NCBI GenBank assembly: GCA_028693815.1
Contig: JAQUUP010000001.1
Coordinates: 72,433 to 136,432, forward strand
Direction: 5' to 3'
Source of the DNA: Candidatus Omnitrophota bacterium
GTDB lineage: Bacteria > Omnitrophota > Gorgyraeia > Zapsychrales > Aceulaceae
Length of the DNA stretch: 64,000 bases
Translations under genes and position numbers: made by a program
The notes under the pieces: model-generated
Seen by the model: only the letters and a program-made list of their open reading frames with translations
Told to the model about the DNA's origin: nothing
Database searches by the model: none
Shown here: piece after piece, positions 1 to 9,371 of the stretch
How the letters are laid out: the number at the start of each line of letters is the position of its first letter
Numbering within the stretch: the first letter of the stretch is position 1

Positions 1-405
1 CCCCCAAGAAATTTGCGTTCTTTTATCGCGCTCGTTCGCCAAAGGCATAATCATGTGATTATACACTTGGGCTAAAGCACTTCCATGTCCTGAAAAATTC
101 TGCTGACTCAATTGATCGGCATACAAAAGATCGCGGTAGGTCTCTGGATCCTTTTTTTCCATCCAAGACAAAAGCGTTGGACCAAAATTAAAACTGATTT
201 TAGAATAATTATTAACAATATCGATAATTTTCTTATCATTATTAAGAATACGTGAAGCAGAATTGCGGGAATAGCACTCAAATGAAATGCGCTCATTCCA
301 GTCATGAAAAGGACGGGCACTATCTTGACCCTCAATTTCCTCTAGCCAAGGATTTTCCCGAGGAGGCTGATAAAAATGACCATGAAGACAAATATATTTA
401 TTCAA
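1..405 (-). CDS. GH57-family glycoside hydrolase, N-terminal part (gene runs off the window 5' end). Start is TTG with a GGAGA RBS.
   Basis: Minus-strand translation from 405 gives (M)NKYICLHGHFYQPPRENPWLEEIEGQDSARPFHDWNERISFECY..., matching the conserved GH57 N-terminal HQP/ENPW block. A stop codon lies 2 codons upstream of the TTG. The 75-aa ORF 108..335 in another frame is discarded. Confidence 0.6.
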   Translation of the reverse strand, partial: MNKYICLHGHFYQPPRENPWLEEIEGQDSARPFHDWNERISFECYSRNSASRILNNDKKIIDIVNNYSKISFNFGPTLLSWMEKKDPETYRDLLYADQLSQQNFSGHGSALAQVYNHMIMPLANERDKRTQISWG

Positions 406-517
406 ACAATTCTCCAGTATTTTTATCTTTTAAATCTCTAAAAAACAAAAGATAGTCAAACGACCACTAAGCCTAATTATATTTTAGTGGTCGTTTCTGA
501 AATACGAATTTTAAAAA

Positions 518-829
518 TTAGTTCTTAATCTTTTTAAGAACTTTTTTTACTTTTGATTTAACAATCGAGCTTGTTCCTTTAGCCGGCGTCTTCTCTACCG
601 AAAAAGTATTTCTAAAATGCTCAAATTCTGGTTCAACCAAAGAAACAAAAGTTTGATTACTTCTAGAAATATAATTAATCTTATCCTCGCGAGCAAGCCA
701 TCCTAAAGACTGAAAAACAATCTCGCCTTTTTCTTTTACAAGCTTAGCAAGATCTGTAACTTTAACTTCTTTTTTTTCGCCTAAAATTTTCCAAGTTTTT
801 CCTGCTGTCTCAATAATTTTATTTTTCAT
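518..829 (-). CDS. Small winged-helix protein (DUF2582-like) with a Lys-rich tail.
   Basis: Pattern ETAGKTWKIL...LGWLAREDKI recalls the DUF2582 winged-helix family. Recognition is from memory only. Confidence 0.4.
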   Translation of the reverse strand: MKNKIIETAGKTWKILGEKKEVKVTDLAKLVKEKGEIVFQSLGWLAREDKINYISRSNQTFVSLVEPEFEHFRNTFSVEKTPAKGTSSIVKSKVKKVLKKIKN

Positions 830-951
830 ACCTTCCTCCTATTTATTAAAATTTCACAAACTTCTAAGTAAAACGCATCTGCTAATGCCATATTTGTATA
901 ACAAAAAGGGGTCTACGTCAAGCAAATTTACTTCGACAAAATACAAAAATT

Positions 952-2877
952 CTAATCTTTTTTCAAAAACAATACCCCTAAAGGAGGCACTGTAATCGAG
1001 AACGAATCTTGGCAGCCATGAGCTGAAATTGGCTCTGTTTCTCTTTTACCAAAGTTTCCTTGGCCGCTTCCGCCATAGTCTTTTGCGTCACTATTTAAAA
1101 TTTCACGCCAGGTGCCTGCCTCTGGCATACCAACGCGATAGTCAAAACGCGTTTCTGGAGTAAAATTACAAATAGCGACAATTTTTTGACTCCAATCATG
1201 GCCACACCGCACAAAACTGATAACACCTTGCTGCCAATCATTACAATCAATCCACCTAAACCCTTCATGAGTAAAATCTTTTTCAAATAAGGCAGCTTCC
1301 TTTTTATAAATACGATTTAAATCTTTCATCCATTTCTGCAAACCCTGATGTGGTGAATATTGTAAAAGATGCCACTGCAGACTAGTTTCATGATTCCACT
1401 CTTCCCACTGGCCGATTTCTGCCCCCATAAAAAGGAGTTTTTTCCCTGGATGAGCAAACATATATCCTAACAAAAGACGCATATTAGCAAATTTCTGCCA
1501 ATCATCCCCTGGCATTTTTGTCAAAAGTGATCCCTTTCCATGAACCACCTCGTCATGAGAAAGAGACAAAACAAAATTCTCTGTAAATGTATACAAAAAG
1601 CTAAATGTCAAATCATTATGATGATACTTTCGGAAAACAGGATCTTTTGAAAAATACAAAAGAACATCGTGCATCCAGCCCATGTTCCATTTCATGCCAA
1701 AACCAAGCCCACCGTCATAAAGAGGCCGAGAAACACCTTGCCATGCCGTTGACTCTTCAGCAATCATCTGTGTATCAGGATAATTCTCATAAACAACACG
1801 ATTAAGCGTTTTTAAAAAATCAACAGCTTCAATATTTTCTCGACCACCAAATTGATTCGGAATCCACTCCCCTTCTTCTCGAGAATAATCCAAATAAAGC
1901 ATGGAAGCAACCGCATCAACGCGAATGCCATCAATATGATATTTGTCCATCCAAAATAATGCGCTTGAAATTAAAAATTCTCTAACCTCGTGACGACTAT
2001 GATCAAAAATATAACTTTTCCAATCCGGATGAAATCCCTTCTTTGGATCAGCATGTTCAAAAAGATGCGTTCCATCAAAATAAAAAAGCCCATGCACATC
2101 CGACGGAAAATGCGATGGGACCCAATCTAAAATAACTCCAATATCATTTCGATGCAAACAATCAATCAGATGCATAAAATCTTGAGGTGTTCCGTATCTC
2201 GAAGTCGGAGAAAAATATCCAACGGATTGATACCCCCAAGATCCATAAAATGGGTGTTCCATAACCGGCAAGAATTCGACATGTGTATAGCCCATCTCTT
2301 TAACGTATTTGACAAAATCTTCTGCCATCTCTCGATAATCAGGAGGACGATTGCACTCTTCAACAATTCTACGCCAAGATCCAAGATGAACTTCATAAAT
2401 CGACATTGGCGAATCAAGACCATTTCGTTTATGTCGACCTTTCATCCATTTACTATCTTTCCAGCGATAATCTGTATTCCAAACAACTGAAGCTGTTTTA
2501 GGAGCAATTTCATTATAAAAAGCAAATGGGTCCCTCTTAAATTCGCGGTACCCATTTTCTTTTGAAACAATATAATACTTATATAAAGAACCTTTTGAAA
2601 CCCCCTCAATAAAGCCTTCCCAAATTCCCGAAGAATCCCAACGCACACCTAAAGGATGACGAGTTCTGTCCCAATCATTAAAATCCCCAACCACATGAAT
2701 CGATTCAGCATTTGGGGCCCAAACCGCAAAATAAGTCCCTTGCTTGCCATCAACAGTCATCTCATGAGAACCAAGCTTATCATAAAGCCTATAATGCGTT
2801 CCTTCCTTAAAAAGATGCGCATCTTGCTCTCCGAACCGCGTAATACCATGCTTAATTCCGTTGATATCGTAAAGCAT
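952..2877 (-). CDS. glgB: 1,4-alpha-glucan branching enzyme (GH13), short form lacking the N-terminal extension.
   Basis: 641 aa with GH13 catalytic blocks (GVILDWVPSHF, GIRVDAV, FMGAEIGQ) and a C-terminal all-beta domain. Confidence 0.9.
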   Translation of the reverse strand: MLYDINGIKHGITRFGEQDAHLFKEGTHYRLYDKLGSHEMTVDGKQGTYFAVWAPNAESIHVVGDFNDWDRTRHPLGVRWDSSGIWEGFIEGVSKGSLYKYYIVSKENGYREFKRDPFAFYNEIAPKTASVVWNTDYRWKDSKWMKGRHKRNGLDSPMSIYEVHLGSWRRIVEECNRPPDYREMAEDFVKYVKEMGYTHVEFLPVMEHPFYGSWGYQSVGYFSPTSRYGTPQDFMHLIDCLHRNDIGVILDWVPSHFPSDVHGLFYFDGTHLFEHADPKKGFHPDWKSYIFDHSRHEVREFLISSALFWMDKYHIDGIRVDAVASMLYLDYSREEGEWIPNQFGGRENIEAVDFLKTLNRVVYENYPDTQMIAEESTAWQGVSRPLYDGGLGFGMKWNMGWMHDVLLYFSKDPVFRKYHHNDLTFSFLYTFTENFVLSLSHDEVVHGKGSLLTKMPGDDWQKFANMRLLLGYMFAHPGKKLLFMGAEIGQWEEWNHETSLQWHLLQYSPHQGLQKWMKDLNRIYKKEAALFEKDFTHEGFRWIDCNDWQQGVISFVRCGHDWSQKIVAICNFTPETRFDYRVGMPEAGTWREILNSDAKDYGGSGQGNFGKRETEPISAHGCQDSFSITVPPLGVLFLKKD

Positions 2878-3147
2878 CTTTCTCCTTTTGTATCTCTATT
2901 TATCTTATCTCTAATAACGCCAAACAATTACATCTTTAATAAAAAACAGATTTCTTATTTTAACGTAAAATTGATTTTTAGCAATTAATTTTATTTAATT
3001 GTCAAGACAAACTTGAAACGTCCATTTTTTAAGTTTTAACAAACCGCTTCCCCTTCTTTTTTAAAATAACAATGGCGTGCCAATACATTCTTTTTCCAAT
3101 CAACTCTTCAAGAAAATCCACAAGTCATACCATTTTTATCCTTTACG

Positions 3148-5043
3148 TTACGTCTCACCACTCAACGCCTGTCTGCAAATCCGACAAGGAATCATATTCT
3201 CACGACATGTAATCGCAACATGAGAAAGAATATTTCCTTCGCAAAGAACAAGACCCTTTAAAGTTGAAAGATAAGGAATCCAATGATTTGGACAATATTC
3301 TGCTAAGACAAATCTCCCAGAATACTTTCGAATATCTTCATAAGAATCAACTCTACAACACTGTTCCCTTGGGATTTCACCAGGAAAAATAATAATACTA
3401 TCTCTACTTCGCTCAACAGGTGGCAACGGATTAGGGAAAAAACGTCCTGAAATTGACATATAGTTACCTTGTACTCTCTTTTCTTTTTTTTCCTTAATCT
3501 CCTTATTCAAGCACATCTTTCTATTCAAGAAATCAGAATAACTGTAGATCCTAAAGAAATCTTTAGGGTGTTTTTTTAAAATAGTAACTCGCATTTTTTG
3601 TAACATTCTCAAAAAAACTTCTTTCCACCTCACCCTCTGTTTCATCCAAAACTGCACATCCTCACAAAGAAAAGGACCATTTTTTAGAAAATCTACTTTC
3701 TCTCTCTGAGCTCTTAACAATAAACTCGAATCTTCATCATACCGAACAGAAGCAACCTCATAAGGATAGTCACACAAATAACCATATTTTTGTAAAAAAT
3801 CTTCAGTCTCTTTTTTGGACATATTCACGGGAAAAAAACTAGTCGCTCCGCAAGCAAATTCTGTTTGCCTTAGGCGATCAAGAAAACTATCTTTTTGCTG
3901 TATCTTTTCTTGCTCTAAAAAAAAAGACAAAAAAACCCCCGAAAGAAAGAAATAAGAAAAAACGCTTTCTAAATCCCTTGCTTCGCTTTCTTTTATTTCC
4001 TTTCTTATTATTTCATAATTAATCTTCATCACTACAAGTCTTTTAAAATTAAAAAAGAATCCTTCTCGACGCGGAAAATATTCTTTCTCTTGCGTTTTAT
4101 TCCAATATGTACGTCCTCCTATATTTTCAAGAATATCAAAAGACAACAACCCTTTTCTTTTTTCACAAAATCCGTTTCTCAATAATCCTTGATAAAGAGT
4201 CTCCGATCTCAACAAAAAATTATATAGCGTAATAGAAAAATAGGTCAGATCTCCTAAGCTTTGAATAAACGTATTCTTTTCCCATAGCTGTTGCTCAAAG
4301 GTATTCTTAAATTTATTCTTAAGACGTTCTTTCTCCAAAAATAATATTTTCTCATCCTCACTTTGAACAATCATCCTTGCTTGCCAGACTGCCACACTGT
4401 CCCCTTTAATCCCAAACTCTATATCCCATCCGCTTTGATCATATTTTTCCAAATTTTTTATTATTTTTTCTAAAATAATTTGAATCTTTCTTGAAAATAT
4501 ACTTTCGCTCCACTTTCTGGAATTTTTATCAAAAACAGCTGAAAAATCACTTCTACGCCCAGAAGTAATCTTTTCAGCTTCTTTCGATATCTCTACGCAC
4601 GCTTTCCAAGAAAAATAAGGCATTTGTGTAAAAAGCACTCCAGAATAATCGAAGTCAAAATAATCTTGAATAATCAAAAAAAGATTTTGAGGATTCTGAC
4701 AAGAAACTTTCTCAAGATTTTTAATCCAATATTCATAAATCTTTTTAGAAGAAACTTCATCAAGAAGCAATTTGGGAGAGCTTTCGAAAATACCAGCATT
4801 TGTTTTATATCTACCGTCCTCCGTAATGCTAGCGCTACGGATAATCACATACTTAACTTTTTTATTTTGAAGAAACTGCTTTTCTCTCTTTAAAAAATTC
4901 TCATCTCGGATTCTTTTTTCATCAACAATAAAGAAATCTGGAACAAAAAATCCAAAAGAACGTAAAAGGAAAAGGGTTTTAATTTTAGCTGGGAAAGCTT
5001 TATTTTTGCACGGGAATATCATAATACTTAAAAATATAATCAA
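3148..5043 (-). CDS. PEP-utilizing enzyme family protein (PPDK_N-like ATP-grasp domain plus C-terminal phosphohistidine mobile domain). The start codon is uncertain because the ORF overlaps the next gene by 44 nt.
   Basis: The N-terminal VIIRSASITEDG and WDIEFGI motifs resemble the PEP synthase/PPDK nucleotide-binding domain. The C-terminal GNILSHVAITCRENMIPC resembles the PEP-utilizers His domain. Confidence 0.5.
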   Translation of the reverse strand: MIIFLSIMIFPCKNKAFPAKIKTLFLLRSFGFFVPDFFIVDEKRIRDENFLKREKQFLQNKKVKYVIIRSASITEDGRYKTNAGIFESSPKLLLDEVSSKKIYEYWIKNLEKVSCQNPQNLFLIIQDYFDFDYSGVLFTQMPYFSWKACVEISKEAEKITSGRRSDFSAVFDKNSRKWSESIFSRKIQIILEKIIKNLEKYDQSGWDIEFGIKGDSVAVWQARMIVQSEDEKILFLEKERLKNKFKNTFEQQLWEKNTFIQSLGDLTYFSITLYNFLLRSETLYQGLLRNGFCEKRKGLLSFDILENIGGRTYWNKTQEKEYFPRREGFFFNFKRLVVMKINYEIIRKEIKESEARDLESVFSYFFLSGVFLSFFLEQEKIQQKDSFLDRLRQTEFACGATSFFPVNMSKKETEDFLQKYGYLCDYPYEVASVRYDEDSSLLLRAQREKVDFLKNGPFLCEDVQFWMKQRVRWKEVFLRMLQKMRVTILKKHPKDFFRIYSYSDFLNRKMCLNKEIKEKKEKRVQGNYMSISGRFFPNPLPPVERSRDSIIIFPGEIPREQCCRVDSYEDIRKYSGRFVLAEYCPNHWIPYLSTLKGLVLCEGNILSHVAITCRENMIPCRICRQALSGET

Positions 5044-6070
5044 TCTGATTAAAAAGAATATTATAATCTATTTCACTTAAATTATAATCTCTAATTAGTC
5101 TATAAATTAATAACTGGGCATAAAAAAGATCTCCGTATCCATTGGCGATCACAACTAACTGCTTTCTTTTGCTCAACTGTTTTGTTAGTTTTTCCATCGC
5201 TTCTTCAACTTCTAAGAATGTCATATTGCCTATTCTAAACCACTGTGAGCCTTTTATATGCATTACCTCGTAATACTTTCTACCTCTCACATCCACAACA
5301 ACACTTTTCTTGCTCTTGATAATATCAGCTGCTAATTTAACGTTAATTTGATATTTTGTAGTATACTCTTTACCAAATAATGCCTCTGAAGGCTCTATTA
5401 ATCCTTGAAAATTCTCTAAGTTTTCCTTAAATTGCAAAACACCTCCGATAAGATATTTGATATTAGGCAAATTCATTCTTTTGGCTAAATCTATACTTCT
5501 ATCTCCGTCGTGACAATATATAATAAATAAGATTTCTTGAAAATCTTTATCCGAAATCTTAAAAATTTTCTTTATTCTTTCTTTGGAAAGCTCAACGCCT
5601 CTTTCATTGTACGCCTTCTTACAATGCCCCACCGCAAACTCCTCCGGCTCTCGGATATCTATAAAGCACACCTTTCTTTTCTTCTCTTCTTCCTCTTCAA
5701 TTGCTTGCATAGAAATTCCGTATTTACGTACGTTATCCCCTATCAACTTCGGGGCTAAAGGTCTCACCAAATAGCTATCTTTCCTTACGGGAAGATAGTA
5801 TCGATAATAGAAGAAAAAACCAATAGCGATTCCCAAAATAACATTATTAACTAACAATATAACAATAATTCTTTTATTCCTTTTTAAGAAAAGCCTTACT
5901 GCAATTAATGGAATTATAGCTAACGCAACGCCGCTTGCCAAAATTATGCCGATAGAAGAAAACGTCTGCACTAGAAATTCTGGCGGTAAAAATGCAAAAG
6001 ATTTCCGAGCAAACAAAAACAAAAGCAATAAAAAAAACAAAATCATTATGCTAAATTTTAGTATTTTCAT
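5000..6070 (-). CDS. Membrane-anchored tandem rhodanese-domain protein (first domain has the active-site Cys, second lacks it).
   Basis: N-terminal TM helices. CFIDIREPEEFAVGH...YCHDGDRS (CxxGxR loop) is a rhodanese fold. The second VVVDVRG...HIKGS domain lacks Cys. There is a 4-nt ATGA overlap with the upstream gene. Confidence 0.55.
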   Translation of the reverse strand: MKILKFSIMILFFLLLLFLFARKSFAFLPPEFLVQTFSSIGIILASGVALAIIPLIAVRLFLKRNKRIIVILLVNNVILGIAIGFFFYYRYYLPVRKDSYLVRPLAPKLIGDNVRKYGISMQAIEEEEEKKRKVCFIDIREPEEFAVGHCKKAYNERGVELSKERIKKIFKISDKDFQEILFIIYCHDGDRSIDLAKRMNLPNIKYLIGGVLQFKENLENFQGLIEPSEALFGKEYTTKYQINVKLAADIIKSKKSVVVDVRGRKYYEVMHIKGSQWFRIGNMTFLEVEEAMEKLTKQLSKRKQLVVIANGYGDLFYAQLLIYRLIRDYNLSEIDYNILFNQIDYIFKYYDIPVQK

Positions 6071-6762
6071 TCTGTATCTCTAATTAAAAATGTTACTTCC
6101 TTAAAGTTTACACATAAATATCTTAAAAGAGCATAAATAAAAACAGCAACCCCCGTCATCTCCAGCGTTTCTTCAATAGTTGTTATTACAAAATAAATAA
6201 GATTTTTTTCCCCAAATGAGAACGAAAACCATCCTCCGAAAAGATCGCATCCAAGGGCTCCGCCAATATAAAGAATTGCCGAAATCTTAAACAAAAACTT
6301 AGTTTCTCTAGGAAGCTGAAGAAAAAATCTCAAAAATAATATTCCAAAAAAAAGAATAAAAATTATTCCCGGGATAACCCATGTAAAATAAAAAATACCT
6401 GTCGCACAAAGAGCTTCCCTTAGAGGGATGATCATCTCTTCGTGTAAAACAGCTGTCTCATCAAGAGAAAAAAACAAAAAAATAAATGCAAGCCATGCCC
6501 AATAAGAACTATTCGCTTTCTTCTTTTTTCTCTCTAATGCAGCTATTATCCCAAGAAGGCCTGCCGAAAAAAGAAGAATTAAAGAAGAAAAATAAGTTGG
6601 AATATTTTGCTCATGATCCAAATGAAATTTATGCAAAAATATAGGGTTTCTAACAAGCATCCCTCCAATAAGATTCAATAAAACAAGCAAGACAATAATC
6701 AGAATTAAGCAAAAAAATATACGTCTTACTTTAAGCGTGATTATTAAATTATTCTTTTCCAT
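6067..6762 (-). CDS. Polytopic inner-membrane protein of unknown function.
   Basis: 231 aa, mostly hydrophobic helices. Translationally coupled to the rhodanese gene. Confidence 0.4.
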   Translation of the reverse strand: MEKNNLIITLKVRRIFFCLILIIVLLVLLNLIGGMLVRNPIFLHKFHLDHEQNIPTYFSSLILLFSAGLLGIIAALERKKKKANSSYWAWLAFIFLFFSLDETAVLHEEMIIPLREALCATGIFYFTWVIPGIIFILFFGILFLRFFLQLPRETKFLFKISAILYIGGALGCDLFGGWFSFSFGEKNLIYFVITTIEETLEMTGVAVFIYALLRYLCVNFKEVTFLIRDTE

Positions 6763-7052
6763 GTGTCATCATTGAAATAAACGTTTAAACAACATTTTTC
6801 GCCTTAAATAAGGGCATCCAAAGTCTTCTAAATAAGCATACCATGCCACACTATTGCTTCCAGCCAACCTATTAATCGCCTTTTTCAATACTACTCAATC
6901 AAAAAACTTCTTTTACTCCAAATAATCTCCTATTTTTACCTATTTTACCACTTGCAAAACAACAAATTTCTATGATCTATGAAGATTTCTTATTTATTTC
7001 TTTTTTATTGCGCTACCCCTGCAATAACAATTCATCCTTGATAAAAAACACC

Positions 7053-7964
7053 TTAAAACGAATAAACAAGAGATGAAATAAATCGAACATCGTTTTTCTT
7101 CGTATCCTCGCTAGGATTGGAATCAAAATCATCAATAACGCTTATTTTTAACGATAAATGCTCATCGAGAGGATTAATAAAAGACACTTCTCCATGAACA
7201 CGATAGCTTTCTATATCATTGAATGGCAAATACAGAGCAATATCTTTCGTTAATCTTGATTTCCCTATTAAAGCATGCTCAGAATAAAATCTTGGGATAA
7301 GAATAGCCTCATCCTTATCTTTTTGATCATCTCTAAAAGAAGTATGCTCAAAGCCAACGCCAAGCTCTCCCTTCCACTTTATTGCTTCCTCATCAAAGAA
7401 CCAATACCCAAGCCCAGCAAACGGTGTAAGCCGATAATCAATGTTAGCAAAACGATCATGATCAACATCAAAACGATAAAAATTATATGCCCTTAAGCTC
7501 TCTCCAAAACTAAACGCATAACGCAAAGATCCATCCCACTTCTGAGAGTCCATCTTTTTGTCTGCGGAAGAATAAAAAGAGGCTGCCTTGAGCGACCATT
7601 CGTCTCGACCTGTTTTTCTGCTTAAAGAAAGAGCTGCTGCAAATTGTGATTTTTCAGTATTCCCACTCGATAAATTATATCCAGCTGAAAGATCTCTCTT
7701 CCAAGCAACTTCTTCTTTTTTTTCTTCTACGCTTTCATCTTTTTTTTCTGCTAAAGCATCTGAAGAAACAATATTTTTAACAAACTCTTTTTTAATTAAA
7801 ATAGTGCCCATTGCCTCAGACTCAACTTGAATTTCTGATTCATCATTTACAGTAACAACCCCTGTTAAGCGGTCGCCATTCTTCAAGTAAACCTCGTCAG
7901 CAGAAACAATCGCTGTGCTTGAAAAAAGAAAAAACATTCCAACTATAAAAAAAACATGCTTCAT
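7053..7964 (-). CDS. DUF481-family outer-membrane beta-barrel protein (YdiY-like).
   Basis: Signal peptide, N-terminal DEVYLKNGDRLTGVV motif typical of DUF481, aromatic C-terminal residue F. Confidence 0.6.
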   Translation of the reverse strand: MKHVFFIVGMFFLFSSTAIVSADEVYLKNGDRLTGVVTVNDESEIQVESEAMGTILIKKEFVKNIVSSDALAEKKDESVEEKKEEVAWKRDLSAGYNLSSGNTEKSQFAAALSLSRKTGRDEWSLKAASFYSSADKKMDSQKWDGSLRYAFSFGESLRAYNFYRFDVDHDRFANIDYRLTPFAGLGYWFFDEEAIKWKGELGVGFEHTSFRDDQKDKDEAILIPRFYSEHALIGKSRLTKDIALYLPFNDIESYRVHGEVSFINPLDEHLSLKISVIDDFDSNPSEDTKKNDVRFISSLVYSF

Positions 7965-7965
7965 T

Positions 7966-8538
7966 TTATCTTATTCCTTTCGCTATATTCTTAACGTTTT
8001 CTAACATCTGCTTTCGTTCATCGCTAGATACAGATGCAACCGAACTAAAATATTTTTGTTCAAGCAACGTCATTCCGCAGAAATTAGCCAAACTTTGCCC
8101 AAGTGTAAAATTCATCGCTTTAAAAGCACCTGTTTTTTCGCTAATATGTTCTGGCGCATTCAACGTACAAATAACAAGAACTTTCTTATCAGGCAAAAGC
8201 CCTTTCATGTCTTCTGTATAAGCAAAACCAACGCTAAATACGCGATCAACATATCCTCTGGTAATGGCAGGAGAACTATTCCACCATATTGGAAAAACAA
8301 ACGTGATCACATCTGCCCATCGAACAAACTCTTGTTCTTTTAAAACATCATCAGCGTATGTACCCTGATCCATTCGCTCAAAATCATTCACATTCAAAAC
8401 AGGGTTAAATTTCATAGCATAAAGATCTCTAATCTTTACTTCGTTACCGCTATCTTTGAGCGCTTGAGAAAAAGACTCCACAATAGCATTATTAAAACTT
8501 TTAGGATTCGGATGACTGTAAATAACTAAATGTTTCAT
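7966..8538 (-). CDS. Flavodoxin-like NAD(P)H-dependent oxidoreductase (quinone reductase family).
   Basis: MKHLVIYSHPNPKSFN...FVFPIWW is Flavodoxin_2-like. Confidence 0.75.
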   Translation of the reverse strand: MKHLVIYSHPNPKSFNNAIVESFSQALKDSGNEVKIRDLYAMKFNPVLNVNDFERMDQGTYADDVLKEQEFVRWADVITFVFPIWWNSSPAITRGYVDRVFSVGFAYTEDMKGLLPDKKVLVICTLNAPEHISEKTGAFKAMNFTLGQSLANFCGMTLLEQKYFSSVASVSSDERKQMLENVKNIAKGIR

Positions 8539-8550
8539 GATGTTCCCTTC

Positions 8551-9282
8551 TTAATTATATTTCTTGTTCATAAGATTTACTTTGATTCTAAATAAATCTA
8601 CAAACATTACAAAAGCATCTTTAATTGGATGAACCTTGCTGCAAGGATTATTAATCCAGCAAACAGGGACTTCTTTAATTCTAAAGCCTCTTTGTTTTGC
8701 AATCGCTAAAATCTCGACATCAAAAGCAAATTTATTAATACGTTGCTTAGAAAAAACTTCTTTAGCTGCCTTACGAGAAAAACATTTAAAACCACATTGG
8801 GTGTCCTTAAACTCTCGATAAAAAAGCATCTTAACAAACAAATTAAATATGCGACCCATAACAATGCGAAAATAAGGCTGACAAATCCTAACATCTGACC
8901 CCTCGATAGACCTCGACCCTAAAACAACATCATATTCATTATTTAAAATAAGCGGCATCACTTTTTTAATTTCTTCGATCGGCGTTGAATTATCTGCGTC
9001 TAAAAACAAAACGCAGTCTCCTCGTGCCGCGAGAACTCCTTTGCGAACCGAAAACCCTTTTCCTCTGTTGCAATCATTTCTTAAAACAACGATAAAATTA
9101 TGCTTTTTTGAAAATTCCTCTGCTATAAGAAATGTATTATCTTTGCTTCCGTCATCAACAATAATAATTTCAGCATCAACATTGTTTGCCTCTAAATAGC
9201 AACAGATTATATCCAAAGTCTCTTGAATACACCTTTGCTCGTTATATGCTGGAATAATTATTGATACTTGCATATTAATCAA
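8551..9282 (-). CDS. Family 2 glycosyltransferase (polyprenyl-phosphate sugar synthase-like).
   Basis: SIIIPAYNE...VDDGSKDNT...DADNS motifs. Confidence 0.85.
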   Translation of the reverse strand: MINMQVSIIIPAYNEQRCIQETLDIICCYLEANNVDAEIIIVDDGSKDNTFLIAEEFSKKHNFIVVLRNDCNRGKGFSVRKGVLAARGDCVLFLDADNSTPIEEIKKVMPLILNNEYDVVLGSRSIEGSDVRICQPYFRIVMGRIFNLFVKMLFYREFKDTQCGFKCFSRKAAKEVFSKQRINKFAFDVEILAIAKQRGFRIKEVPVCWINNPCSKVHPIKDAFVMFVDLFRIKVNLMNKKYN

Positions 9283-9371
9283 ATTCTTTCAAATTTTTAA
9301 TTTTTATTATTATATTATAAGATCACAATAACACAAGCCTGCTAATAGTTCGCACTCTCAATCAAAATCTT

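Noticed and set aside
2152-2988. Several 68-112 aa ORFs on both strands
   Set aside because: All are nested inside or antisense to glgB, whose frame has clear GH13 motifs.
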